DNA of 64,000 nucleotides from the human T2T-CHM13v2.0 reference genome, Homo sapiens: NCBI RefSeq assembly GCF_009914755.1, contig NC_060925.1, one strand, 5' to 3'. Shown here one piece after another: positions 26,590 to 40,201 of this stretch. Every line of letters begins with the position of its first letter. Positions within the stretch are counted from its first letter, which is position 1. The position numbers and the translations under genes were made by a program. Under the pieces are notes generated by a model, which searched no databases, had not been told where the DNA came from, and saw only the letters and a program-made list of their open reading frames with translations.

Positions 26590-26818
26590 ATAATGCAGGA
26601 TAGTGGAATCACAACATCTGATTTCAAAATCCAGGATCACCTACTTACTAGCTGCTTGACAAGTCACTCAAACTGTGCCTCTGTTTCCTCATCTATAAAA
26701 TGGGAATGATAATAATCCGTAACTCATAGGAATGTTATGAAAATAAATGAATTAATAGATGTAAAGGACTTAGAACTCTGGCTCCCTAAGTAAAGACTAT
26801 AATAAGTGTTTAATAATT
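26590..26818 (+). mobile_element. MIR
   Basis: cttactagctg...gtgcctctgtttcctcatctataaaatgggaatgataata. Confidence 0.88.
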
Positions 26819-27304
26819 GGAATGAAAATTTAAATTAGAGTTTAAAGGAAAACTGGCACCAAGACATCATGCTATTATATAGACAGCTTGCCCATTTCAA
26901 AAGAGGGTTTAAAAGTGATTTAATAAAAATGCACATATTGCATTGAGCCACTCACTCTTTGTAAAGTAATTCCTAAAGCTCCAAAACCTCCAGAATCAAA
27001 TGATGCAATATTTAAAATGGACACCTCCCAAGGAAGTGTCTAAAGCATCACACTGCTAAACCTAAGGACTCTTCCATACAAAATGCTATTTTTCCCCTTT
27101 CTTTTCTTTCTACCCAATTAAAACGCTCACTTTCCAATCCCAATTCTTTTATTTCATGATGTCCATTTAACAACCCCCTCTATGGTTACTAAATCCTACT
27201 TTTTCTTGTTTTATTATGAATTTGTGTAGCATTAATGCTTGCGTTCCATGTTGCACCACTGTGCACAGAATGGTAACTTTGGTCAGTAAAATTCACCAGC
27301 TGTT

Positions 27305-28296
27305 ACCTCCATGTCTGCTGCTGATACTTGCTCAAACACAATCCTATTGTATAAGTTTGAGTCATGTGTGTTCAACTGCCTTTTAGACAACTCCAGCTAT
27401 ATGTCCCAGAAAAACCTCAAACCTGACAACATTGAGACAATGCACAATGTTTTACTCCAAGTCTGTTTTATTATTTTTATTCCCCAACCCAGTCAATGGC
27501 ACCATAGCTTACTAATATTTTCCAGATTTTCCAGAAATCTATCTAATGAGTGACCAGCCATATCTATCCCCATCTACTGAATATTTAGTAAGTCCGTGGG
27601 ACCTCTCCAACTCCACGGGAACTGTACTGTTTACCCACATCATCTCATCCAGGATCACTGCAATAGCCTCTAATCTTGACTGCTCCCCCACCCATTTCAA
27701 TTCAACTTCCAAGGGGCTGTTTCTGTAACCTCAAGCTGAACCACCCCTCCACAATACTCATGTTACTTAAATGGCATCCCCATTGCTCCAGATAAATGCA
27801 TATCCCACTGCATGGCATACAATGTCCATTACAACTCTGTTCATTAATTGAACAATCCTGGCTCCCTCGCTTGCCTCTACTCAGTCATCTTCCATTTTAT
27901 ACTTCAGCAATATAGAACTAATGTAGTTGCCTGAACAGGTCAGGCGGTCTCCTGCCTTTCATATGCTTTCTCATCCTGGAATACCATTTCCCACCTTATC
28001 CATAGGGAAACTACTATTTATCCATAAAGTCTCAGCTCAAATGTTACCTATTTGCATCCTTTTCTGACTGCACTATTTATTAAGTACCTACTAAGGCAAG
28101 ATACCATGCCAGTCACTAATTACGTAGCAGAGTACATGAAGCAATATCCACAGGTACAATTACCCCTTCATCCATGCTACCTCTGCCCTTGCTGCCATTA
28201 CAGCAAGAACGTTATCGAGTGGGAGTTATGTATATATCTGTCTTTCCATTCTATCATAACCACAATACTCAATAAAATATATGTTGAAAGAATGAA
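27305..28296 (+). mobile_element. L2
   Basis: Motifs caactgccttttagacaactcc, cagtcaatggcacc, tctcagctcaaatgttacc and tail ctcaataaaatatatgttgaaagaatgaa. Confidence 0.75.
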
Positions 28297-28369
28297 AAAC
28301 TATAATTTGTCTCTTCAACTAATTTGTCCTCTGGTTTCACTGGATTTCTCAAAGAACGTAATCTAATAC

Positions 28370-28608
28370 AAGGTGCAGTGGTCAAGAGTACCGGCTTTGG
28401 AGTCAAACAATCTCAGTCCCTAACTTGACTTTGCTATTCATTAGCTCTGTGACCTTGGATAGGCTACTTACGGCCTGTAAAATGGAGACAATAATGGTAC
28501 CCTATTTCATAGTGCTGTCATGAGGAGCCGATGAAGCAATTCGTGTAAATAACTCAAAACAGCACCTCGCACAAAACAACTCTTCAATAAATGTTAACTT
28601 TTATTATT
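28370..28608 (+). mobile_element. MIR
   Basis: agtggtcaagagtaccggctttggagtcaaac...tgtgaccttgg...ctgtaaaatggagacaataat...caataaatgtta. Confidence 0.9.
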
Positions 28609-28754
28609 TTATATTTAATACTGCTCATCTATACATATAAGAGACAACAAATTATAGAAAGAAATAAAAATTAATTTATTGGTTCAAATAGTTACTTATG
28701 CTATAATTTTTACTACCCATATAATCTCCAATTGTGTTGAACCTAAAGAGTTAA

Positions 28755-28815
28755 ACACACACACACACACACATGCACACATACGCATGCACACACAGCA
28801 CACACATACATATGC
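28755..28815. repeat. Degenerate (CA)n
   Basis: CA run with interruptions. Confidence 0.85.
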
Positions 28816-30000
28816 ATTTTCCAAACCAAGACTTGTCACCTGAGGATGAGGGTCAGAGAAAGGAGTGCTGCTGGTTATGGATGTTAAATAAACAATTTTT
28901 TCTTACAACAAACCCCTGGCACCCTGTTCTCACCATGTCATGGCCTGTGATGACTTAGTGTCTCCCAAGCATGACCAAGCGATTAGCGGGGCTGTGTCTG
29001 TGCATCTCGACAGTAATGGGAGCTCTCTTTCCATTTGCCATGTATTGAAGCCTGAGCGCTTCGCTGCTTCGTGCATTTTCAGCTTGATGAATTCATTATT
29101 CTCCATATTTTTCTCCTCCTTCCTTCAGAGAAAACTCTTTCCCCAAAATGCCAGGACTATTTTTTCCCTTTTTAAAGATGGGTGATTTTTAAATGGAAAA
29201 ATTTTACATCAAGTGTGTAACAGCTTAGCTGCACTCAGTGCCACTTTGAGAAAAAGAAGAAAATCATGCAGTGTAAGTTCTCTGATTCAGATACCATAGT
29301 ACAGCCTTTCACTGGATAGAAACATGCAGGTATAAGTTGGATATTTTCTAGAAAAAAGTATTTTCTTTTTGGATCTGAAAAGAAATGAGCCAAAAGTTTT
29401 ATGTTCTAGATGGGCAATGATAGGCCATCTGAGCAAGAGATCTGAGCACTTATCTCCCATTCTTTGATTTTTTTTCTCCCCATAAACAAAGCACTGCCAT
29501 ACCTGGAGTATATCCCTCACCATTCCTCCCATACAATGAGCACCTGCCCAACCAACACTGTACTCATGGATAGAAATACAACTGGAGGGTGACAAGGGCA
29601 ATTTCTGCAGAGCTATGGTTTTATAAAACACCTTCAGGAGAAAAGAGAAAAAAAGGTATTGAAAAAGAATGGAATAGTAGAGAGTAGAAGAGCACCTTAC
29701 TTAAAACCAATCTTTGGCTTCCAAACTTAAGTGTTTTTAGCCATATAACTGCTGGGTTTCAGTAGCAAGAAAACTATAAAGGAGAACTCCACTTTACAAT
29801 AAGCAATAGGCAAAGAGGTTCTTTTGGTGATTTCTAAATCAAGACCCAGAGTTTAATGAGCAGTAAGAACCTGGCACATACAAAAGGTGACATCACAGAC
29901 ACTGTTTTTTCCAGCCAATTGCTGATGCCTAGGTCACAATCATCAATAATTTTATCTTCACACACAAGATAACATGAGTCATCAGATAATTATATCTATG

Positions 30001-30215
30001 AGCATTAGGATAATGGTTTAAAGCTCTGGTCCGGGAGTCAGACCATCTGAATTTGAAACCTGACTAGTTACGTGACTTTGAACTGTTTTTTTTTTTTTTT
30101 TTTAACTGTCTAAGCCTAAACTTTCTTATCTGTAAAGTGGGAATGCTACTACATACCTGATGTGTAACATACAGATTAAATGAAAGAATTCATTAAATGT
30201 GCTTAGCACTTTTAT
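30001..30215 (+). mobile_element. MIR with an internal T18 tract
   Basis: ggagtcagacc...tttcttatctgtaaagtgggaat...gattaaatga. Confidence 0.8.
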
Positions 30216-30282
30216 AGCTATTATTAGAATTAGTATTAGAATTAGAATTATTAGAATTAGTATACCAAGACAGTGGTATTGA

Positions 30283-30566
30283 TTTTTTTATTTTTTTTTT
30301 GAGACAGGGTCTCGCTCTGTTACCCAGGTTGGAGATTGGTGGTGTGATCTAGGCTCTCTGCAGCCTCGATCTCCTGGGCTCAAGTGATCCTCTGACCTCA
30401 GCCTCCCTAATAGCTAGGACTATAGGCATGCGCCACCACACCTGGCTAACTTTTGTATTTTTTGCAAAGACGGGGTTTTGCCATGTTGCCCAGACTGGTC
30501 TCAAACTCCTGGGCTCAAGCGATCCTCCCATCTTGGCCTCTCAAAGTGCTAGGATTACAAACGTGA
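30283..30566 (-). mobile_element. AluJ, slightly 5'-truncated
   Basis: ctcctgggctcaag appears in both arms. TSD gtattgattttttt/gtactgattttttt. Confidence 0.95.
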
Positions 30567-30735
30567 TGTACTGATTTTTTTGGTGAGGGAGTTCCATGAC
30601 ACATCTTCAAAGACTTACTTCCTTTTTCAAAAGCAGGTATCAAAGATCTTCCTGGGTTAAAACTTTTGTTGATATTGTTGTTATACTAGAATTTTAAATT
30701 TTACCAAATAAAATAATCCCTTTCGCGTGCATGTG

Positions 30736-30737
<2 letters not shown>

Positions 30738-30770
<33 letters not shown>
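30738..30770. repeat. (TG)n microsatellite
   Basis: About 16 units. Confidence 0.97.
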
Positions 30771-30773
<3 letters not shown>

Positions 30774-33019
30774 CAATAAGGATCTACTCCAAAAAGTCAG
30801 TAATATGTAATGACAGCAGTGTTTTTTGCAACGCATACCAAGTTATTATAAAAAATGCATTCTTCTATAAGATGATATAAACGATAACCTGCCTGCTAAT
30901 TGGGTTTCTTACATAGAGGTCTTATCTCCCAGAAGGTGAAAATGTCCTAAATGGATATCTCCTCCATTTGGTGAAATATCCTTATAACCTGCAATCCTTC
31001 TCAGAGACACAACCTTGCTGTGGTCACAGAAGATGACGCTTCAGATCTAAATATAGGGTCATGGTGCTGGGAGAGGGGGCGGAGAGATAATAAGAATGGG
31101 GGGGGGTATGTGGAGGCTCAAGCACTATAAATAACCAAAGAACACGACTACATTTAGAACTTCCCATGTGTAGAATTCAAGCAAATCTTGTGCTTTGTTT
31201 CTTGAAACAAAAGAAACAAGAGCTTCGTTCAGGTTTCTGGGAGCCCCTGGCAGGAATATACTCTTCCGTATATTTTTTCTTTTGAAGAACTGAGAACTCA
31301 AAATAAATCCTCGTGATCATTTTAAGATCTTCTAATCCCCAAAATGCATCCTTACTACACTTAGAGAATGACCTGCCCACACAAGCTGACAATAGCTTCA
31401 TGCAAAATAGCTCTCTAAACATAAAAGGGTATTTTGGCAAAGGCTTAACAAGCAGAGTACATATTTCAGTTGCAAGTATTTCTCTAACATCTCCAATATG
31501 GAAGCTTCTTATAATATTTTAGCAGAAACAAACATCTGTTTTGGGGACGACACCTGATAATTTTAACCATTCCTATAATGGGAAAGTGCTTACTAGAGGA
31601 AATGTTTACAAAGATTCTTTGTGCAGTAAGGATGGCCCAGGTGTCCATAAAAACATCTGCTCAGCAAAAGCACAACCAACATTGCTGAAATCTCTAGGCT
31701 GTCTCCATTCAAAATGTTTCTAGGCTACATGCTAGAGAAGAGAATCCCTTAGTGAGCCCACAGGAGAGTTATTTGCATAATCCTTGGCTATTCACAGATA
31801 TTTGGTGACTAATCTGCATTCCTGTCAAATTGAAGGGGGTCTACATACCCGTGGATTTGTGGCATCCCAGGAGAAGTCTGGGTCCATAAACCAGTGAATG
31901 AATCCCATTAACACATATATGTAGCTTCTTCATCTGTGACATCAATGACATTTTTTACTTGCCTATTTCTGAATATTCTTTATTAAATAATAAACTCAAG
32001 AATAATTTCATACAAATCACCAGTGTATGTAAGTATTATTTCCTGTTATTTCAATGGTTTCCTCACAGGCTAAAGTATGGCTCCAGTTTCAGAATCACGG
32101 CTGGGTTTGCCAGTATGGAACCCCTTTATGGCAGGTGCAGCTTCCAAGGCTACTTTTACAAAACCTAACCCATAAAAGATCAGCTGGAGAGAATCTGTGA
32201 ATAACTATGAACTTCAAAACATATTTCTAAGTATCAGAGGCAGGTGTGATAGGGCAGGAGATTCTTTTGAACAGCCTAATAAATCACCTTTCAGTTTTTC
32301 CCAACACCACAGGAAAGAACCTCTGGTAAAGGAATTCTTTAGCCAGAAGATGTGCCTTTCCCAACCCACCTCCACGCACTGGAAGAGGTGAGCCATTACA
32401 ACTCGGAGTAGCATGCTGGAAGCTTTACCCTCCAATCCAGGCTGGAGAAGGAAGAGGTAGTACAAGGTTTCTCCAAATATTTCAAAGGCAAAGTTGCTTC
32501 CTTCATAACTAAATTCCAGTAAATGGCTTTATATCTCCCTGTGCTGGACTAATCTTCCCCATCTCTATATCTTTGATGTTAATGGTATGATTTTTATTTT
32601 CAGTTAGGAAGTTGCTTTCCCATTGGGTTAAATGGAATAAAACTCACCTCTTCTATATTGTGTAAGACAATGTTGGTCAAGTCTTGCTTGAAGGCCATTT
32701 GTCTGACACCATTCATCAACTACCATAATCTTATCATTTATGGTGGGGGGCAGTCAGGACTGTTGGTAGCAAAACTCTTAGAGGGTAAATGTATTCAAAC
32801 TTTTACCTTAGATTTGATCCAGAAGACTGAGGTTGGATATGGGTTGGCTGCCAAGGTAGATGGCATCTGCCACACAGAGACAGACAAGGAATTAGAAAGC
32901 AAAAAGCTAAGCAAGAGTCATACAAATGTATACCAGTCCTTGGGAATTAAAATATAGGTCTCTTAGACAGGACATGAAATAGGTAAAGACCATGACAACT
33001 TCTAAAACCATGATATGGG

Positions 33020-34310
<1,291 letters not shown>

Positions 34311-34739
34311 GCTGTGCTTAAGGAAAAAGAGCATGCTTCCATGCATGACTCAGTTTAAAGAAAAGCCATCAACCTATGAAGGAATACAATGCTAGTGGCA
34401 CCAGGGACTCCAAGGGGAGAACAGTCATTGCTGCTGCCTGGTTCAGCTTCCCTCTCCTGCTTAGAAATGTCTTTCTCATACTGAACGTTTGGGATGTCTG
34501 AATGTGTGTGTACTTTAAAGAGGGATGTGATGATACCATTACAATCCTACTTCCTCTTTGAGGTGAAATCAAATTTCAGGGGAAGAAGACAAATGAAGGG
34601 ATACAGAGAGTTTTATCTCTATTCTGTAGAAGAGTTTGGTTAAGAGTTTGATGAAGTACTCATTTCCTTTCTACCACTGTCTACCCTATGAGCTTAAGTC
34701 CAGGACAGGCACTCCCTGGGAACAGCAGGAGTTGCCAGT

Positions 34740-35172
34740 GCCCCACTCCCATCCCTTCTTCCTTACCAAGTTAGTGAAGGCTGGCTTATCTGCCATCACC
34801 TAAAACTTTTTTGCTCAAAGGCATTCTCTGGCCACTATGATGGTTTGCCTATCTGCTTGCATGGCAGCAGAGCTGTACCAGGGAATTGATCCCTCACCCA
34901 AGCTCTAACCAATGATCGACAGAAGAGTTAGTATACAAATATTCCATCTTTTTCACCCTTTGGTGGCATCACTCTAAAACTTCCCAGAGTTTCCCAGCAA
35001 GACTGAACTCCAGTTATCCACAGTGGTAACTTAATAACAAAACCTTTTATTGGCTGCCTTTCCTTCTCTGTCTTATTTCCTTATTTTTCTACTCTGATCA
35101 CCTCCCAGATAAACTATATGCCCCTGAATCTTTGTCTTGGAGTCTGTTCCTGTAGAAACTCAAAATAAGGTG
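34740..35172 (+). mobile_element. LTR16-family ERVL solo LTR
   Basis: gaactccagttatccacagtggtaactt...ttattggctgcctt...gatcacctcccagataaacta. Confidence 0.82.
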
Positions 35173-36221
35173 TTGCTTTATTGAAGCCTTATTAGAGAAA
35201 ACACAATTGGAAGAAAGTAAAGGTACATCTAGAGTTGCATAATTCCTATTACTTTACTTATTATCATCAAGTCCAGAAGCCATATATGGCCAACAGCATG
35301 ATTGCTTTCTGGTTACCCTGAATGTGACATTTGAGGGTGAGAAATTACTTACCATCAGGATTTAGGTATTCCATTATCACTGTAGAAACTTTTTGGATTA
35401 CCTGTAAAAGACTATTTTTGATCTCCCATACTTATCAGTTGTTTTCCTTATTGTAATTTTCAACCCTCAATGTATGTTGCTTGTGAACACAGGAACTCAG
35501 CAGCAAAACTCACTGCCTCCCTCTTCCTAGCTGCTACATGGGTCTCCTTCAGGTTCCCTGTCCAACTAGCTCTTGGCTGTGGACTCATTCTTAATTTCTG
35601 TCCTTCTGTTTGAGAACCCCAACCCTCAGATTTACTGGGTTCTGATATGGTGGCTTGAATATTCAATCCATACTTAGTTCCTCTTTAGGGGTAGCTACTT
35701 GAGCTTGATAATACCATATTTGTATATTTCCCTGGCTTAGATTCTGGTACTTGAAGGTAAAACTCTTGAAGGAGTTATTCTAGATATCTTCCTAGATGAT
35801 TCATGCCTTTCAGACAGCAGCAATGGACACTTCTGGGCTTTCTTCTCCTTTAACCTTAGTCATTTACCACAGCCCCAAGGAGAATGTCTATTATGACGTT
35901 CAGACAAAACTGAATGAAAAATAAGTGTGCCTAAAGAAAATGAAAGGGCCTCATGTTTTGAAGTACTTCAAGTTTTCCAGTCCACTAAAATGGATGAGAG
36001 TTAACCACAGTCATAGCCCTTTAATTGGGATTACAACAATCACACTTCCACCATGAGACTTGAAAGGCAGATGCTGGAGATAGAGCCTTTCTTGCCCACA
36101 CAACTATAAGTGCCTATTGTTTGTATCTAATGACCTGTCTGAATATTCTAGAGTGGGTAATTTTTCATACATCAAAACTCAACACCAGATATCGGTGTCT
36201 TTTTATTTAAAAAGGGAGATT

Positions 36222-36499
36222 TGGGTGGCTCACATATGAAATCCCAGCACTTTGGGAGGCTGAGGCGGGTGGATTGTTTGAGCCCCAGAGATTAAGACTA
36301 GCCTGGGCAACATGATAAAACCCCATCTCCATCTCTAAAAAAATACAAAAATTAGCCAGTCATGGTGGCACGTACCTGTAGTCCCAGCTACTCAGGAGGC
36401 TGAAGTGAAACAATTGAGCTGCAGTGAGCCGTGATGTTGCCACTGCACTCTGTCTGCATGGTAGAGACTCTGTCTCAAAAAAAAAAAAAAAAAAAAAAA
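36222..36499 (+). mobile_element. AluJ with right-arm deletions
   Basis: Alu left arm, A-rich linker, shortened right arm and poly(A). Confidence 0.92.
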
Positions 36500-37529
36500 C
36501 ACAGTGGGAGTGATTTATAAATTTATCTAATGTATCAAGTTTTCTCCAGTTGAAATCATCAACCAATAGGTGAAAATAGGCTTTCGAGGATTCCATCAAT
36601 CAAAAAACCCAACCCCAATTTTTGATAGCATGGATGTACATGTGTGTATTTAAATATAGCCCCAAATTTCCTTCATGCAATTTCCTATTCTGATACATAC
36701 TTATTATTCACCTACGTCAATCAGCTCAGTGATGGCTTACACTTTCCTTCATATTCAGAGAAAAAGTGTGTCCCTGCAGCTTCCTTTTTCCAGGCAATAT
36801 GACTTGGTTTCCATGGGCTTCTACCTATGGCTTAGCAATAGGTATTTACAAGGCACTTTCCACTGGAAAGTCCTGGTGAGAAGAAAGTTCTTCTGTATCA
36901 CTAGTTGTTGGTATGTTTCAATGAGTTTCTAACTTTACTTTCTAAAATGAGTGGCTTGGCTTTAGTCTAAATGAACAGTGTGCATGGGGGAGGAGACAGA
37001 GAAAGATAACCTGAGCTTTTTATAATGTGTCTTAGCTGAGATGTGGACGGTTAACAAGGTACATAATGATCTACAGAAACACTGAGAAATTCTCCGTTAT
37101 ACCCAACAATTCTTTAGAGTCAAAAAAAAATTGTCTGAACTCACAAAGGAATGTCACCAGAAATTTGTCCAATATGGTTCTACTCTTGGGTCAAACCATT
37201 CAGATTTTCACAGTGGTGTCAGTGAAGGGATGGCATGACAGGCAAAGATAACATTTCTAGAAAAATGGATGCTGATCAATGTGTAACCCAACCCTAAAAA
37301 ATGGATGTTTTCCAAACTGAACCAATGAGTCCTATTGTTAAAGTTGAATAACAGCACTACTTATCCAAATTTCAAAAATATTTTTTTAAAGTAAAAAGCA
37401 TATAACTTTAAAAATAATCAATGCAAACAACGTTTTAGCCTCATTTATATATATTTTTTAAACATTTGGTGCATAGTACCTTTTTGTATCCTAAAGTTTA
37501 GCAAAAAGAGTTAAAGAGTTAATTTCATA

Positions 37530-37939
37530 TAGTGTTGACCCTTGAACAACATGGGCTTAATCTATGTGGGTCCACTTGTATGCGGATTTTCTCCCATCTT
37601 GGCCACCCCTGAGACAGCAAAACCAATTCCTCCTCTTCCTCCTCCTCAGCCTACTCAATGTGAAGATGACAGGAGTCATGACCTTTATGATAATCTCCTT
37701 CCACTTAACTAATAGTAAATATATTTTCTCTTCCTTATGGTTTTCTTAATAACATTTTCTTTTCTCTATCTTACTTTATTGTAAGGATACAGTATATAAC
37801 ACATATAACATACAAAATATGTGTTGAACCATGTTTATTTTAAAGTTTCTGGTCAACAGTAGGCTGTTAGTAGTTAAGTTTAGAGGAGTCAAAAAGTTAT
37901 AAGTGGATTTTCAACTCTGCATTGTTCTAGGGTCAATTG
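37530..37939 (+). mobile_element. Tigger2a (MER28) TcMar MITE
   Basis: Terminal inverted repeats gttgacccttgaacaa / ttgttctagggtcaattg with TA flanks. Internal cctcagcctactcaatgtgaagatgac. Confidence 0.92.
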
Positions 37940-37972
37940 TACTGTATTGCTATTTCCTGTGGTCCTATAAAG

Positions 37973-38312
37973 CAGGGGTCCCCAACTGCCCCCCAACCCC
38001 ACCCCATATACATCCATGGCCTGTTAGGAAACTGGTTGCATAGCAGGAGGTGAGTGACAGGGAGGCGAGCACTACCATCTGAGCTCTGCCTCCTGTCAGA
38101 TCAGCAGTGGCATTAGATTCTCATAGAAGCATGAACCCTATTATGAATTGTTCATGCAAGGGATCTAGTTTGCGTGCTCCTTATGAGAATTGAAGTAACG
38201 CCTGATGATCTGAGGTAAAACAGTTTCATCCCAAAACCATCCCCCACCCATCCATGGAAAAATTATCTTCCACAAAACCTGTTTCCGGTGCCAAAAAGGT
38301 TGGGGACTGTTG
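37973..38312 (+). mobile_element. MER1B hAT-Charlie MITE
   Basis: caggggtccccaac...ggttggggactgttg with a perfect 8-bp TSD ctataaag (37965-37972 and 38313-38320). Confidence 0.95.
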
Positions 38313-38464
38313 CTATAAAGAGCACTAATACTGTACCATTGAAACCAACATAGAATCCTTGCTCTGATGTCACAGGATTTTTCCTGTCCTCAGCCAACGT
38401 CTAGGTAATCCCAAGCGTTTTGTTGTTGCTGCTGCTGCTGCTGTTATCATCCATCATTGCTAAA

Positions 38465-38620
38465 ACTTATTAACTCGGCATATATTCATTGGGAGCCTAC
38501 TCTGGGCCAAGCACTGGATGAACAGACGAACAAGATAAAGTGTCCACTCTCATGAGGTTTACACATCTGATGGGGGAAATAGCTAATTGATAAGTAAATA
38601 TATTCCCATTAGAGAACTGC
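38465..38620 (-). mobile_element. L2 3' fragment
   Basis: gagcctactctgggccaagcactgg...ctctcatgaggtttaca. Confidence 0.6.
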
Positions 38621-38745
38621 AGAATAGGATAGGCTGGGATGGGATAGCATGGGATGGGATGGGATAGGATGGGATGGGATGGGATGGGATGGGATGGGAT
38701 GGGATGGGATGGGATGGGATGGGATGGGATGGGATGGGATAGAAT
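38621..38745. repeat. (GGGAT)n pentanucleotide repeat
   Basis: 14 perfect units at 38671-38740, plus variant AGGAT/AGCAT/AGAAT units. Confidence 0.97.
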
Positions 38746-39484
38746 ATTCCTTGAAGAACAAGAAACAGGAAAGGGAGGTAGAGTGTGATAAGCCATGGCT
38801 ATGTTAGAGAAGGTTAGAATAGGCCTCTGAATCCAAGCCATGTTTGGTCCCAATGTAAACTATACATTCTGCAAATAAGCATGAATTCTCCCTAGAAAGC
38901 AATTTCCAGGCGTGTTTTATTTGTGCCACTAAATGTGCAACATATGTATGTGTGTCTGTTGTAAATCACTTTGCCCAAGTTCCACTTCATTCCATCTTGG
39001 GATACTCCTGGGCTGTGATTTTTCATCCCTAACCTTTACCAGACAGTGTGTGATACGCTGCTTTCAGAGGCCAAAAAATAATAGGGGGTTGCCAAGTTGA
39101 TTTTGGATTCCCATGCAGTCTGGATTTTTCAGACCAAATGAATTGGTTGGACCTACATAACCTCAATTAAGATGGGAATGGGGGCTTCACCTTGATCACA
39201 CATCCTAAACCACACACAGTGCTTAAGCTTCCAAGCTGTCAGTCTTTGTGACTCCCCTTCAGTGATATTTAACTACTTATGACATGAGATTTTGAAAGCT
39301 TTTTGAAAGTCTTATTCACTAATGGAGAAGCCTCTTACATATTTTATAAAACTAAACAAACATCAAAGTTAACACTCAAATGCAACCTGTTCTTAAACTC
39401 TCAGAGCCTTGTCAGGATCTGAATCCCTCCTGCAAGTTCTATTAAAACAAACAGTGCAAGAGTCTTGAATTATTAGAGATAAAA

Positions 39485-39600
39485 TCAGATTATAAGCTTC
39501 CTGAGGGCAAAGATTTTATTTTACATTGTTTTGTTCCTCAGTACCCAGCATAGTGCCTGACATAAAGTAAATGATCAAAAAATGTTTGTTTAATTGTATT
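39485..39600 (+). mobile_element. L2 3' end
   Basis: agattataagcttcctgagggcaaaga...cagcatagtgcctgacata. Confidence 0.85.
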
Positions 39601-39944
39601 AATGGGGGAGAAAGTTGTAAGATATTTAACCACACAAAACACTCAGCTTTTGTTACTTTTCCTTTAAACATTATTAGATATCTCCAAAGTTAAACTGTGA
39701 CTGAAAATAAAAATTATTTGTAAACATAGATATCAAATTCCAATATTGGTTTGAAGCAAACCAAACTCCCTATAATACTTTACAGATTCCCAAAATTTAC
39801 AAAGCTCATGCAGGCTTAATGTATACCATTATTATCAAAGAATATGATGACAGTGATTATAACAATAGTTACCATTAATTAAGTGCTAACCATGGTGCCA
39901 GATGCCTCATTATGTCCTTCCGTCTTTGTTCAGCAAGTCACTAC

Positions 39945-40201
39945 ACAATGTCACCTCCCACATCAAAGAGGCTTCCTATAATCACCATCTAAAATATCAC
40001 CTCCATTTGATCCCTCTCACTCCTCACCTTGTTTTATCATCCACCCACTGATATATTTGTTTCAATTGTTTACTAGGTTTAGCTCTACCAACCCGAATGT
40101 AAGTTTCAAAAAAGTAGGAGCTCTAACTTCATTGTTTACTCTTAGATCTTTAGCAATTAGTAGAAATTCAACAAGTAGTTGATGAATGAATGAATGAATG
40201 A
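39945..40201 (+). mobile_element. L2 3' end
   Basis: aatgtcacctcc...agaggcttcc...gaatgtaagtt and a (GAAT)n tail. Confidence 0.75.

Noticed and set aside
35347-35415. Recursive-site exon ttttacag|GTAATC...ATG|GTAAGT
   Set aside because: Very short pyrimidine tract and a weak reconstituted donor.
38497-38853. ORF with SHPIP repeats
   Set aside because: It is simply the translation of the (ATCCC)n microsatellite.
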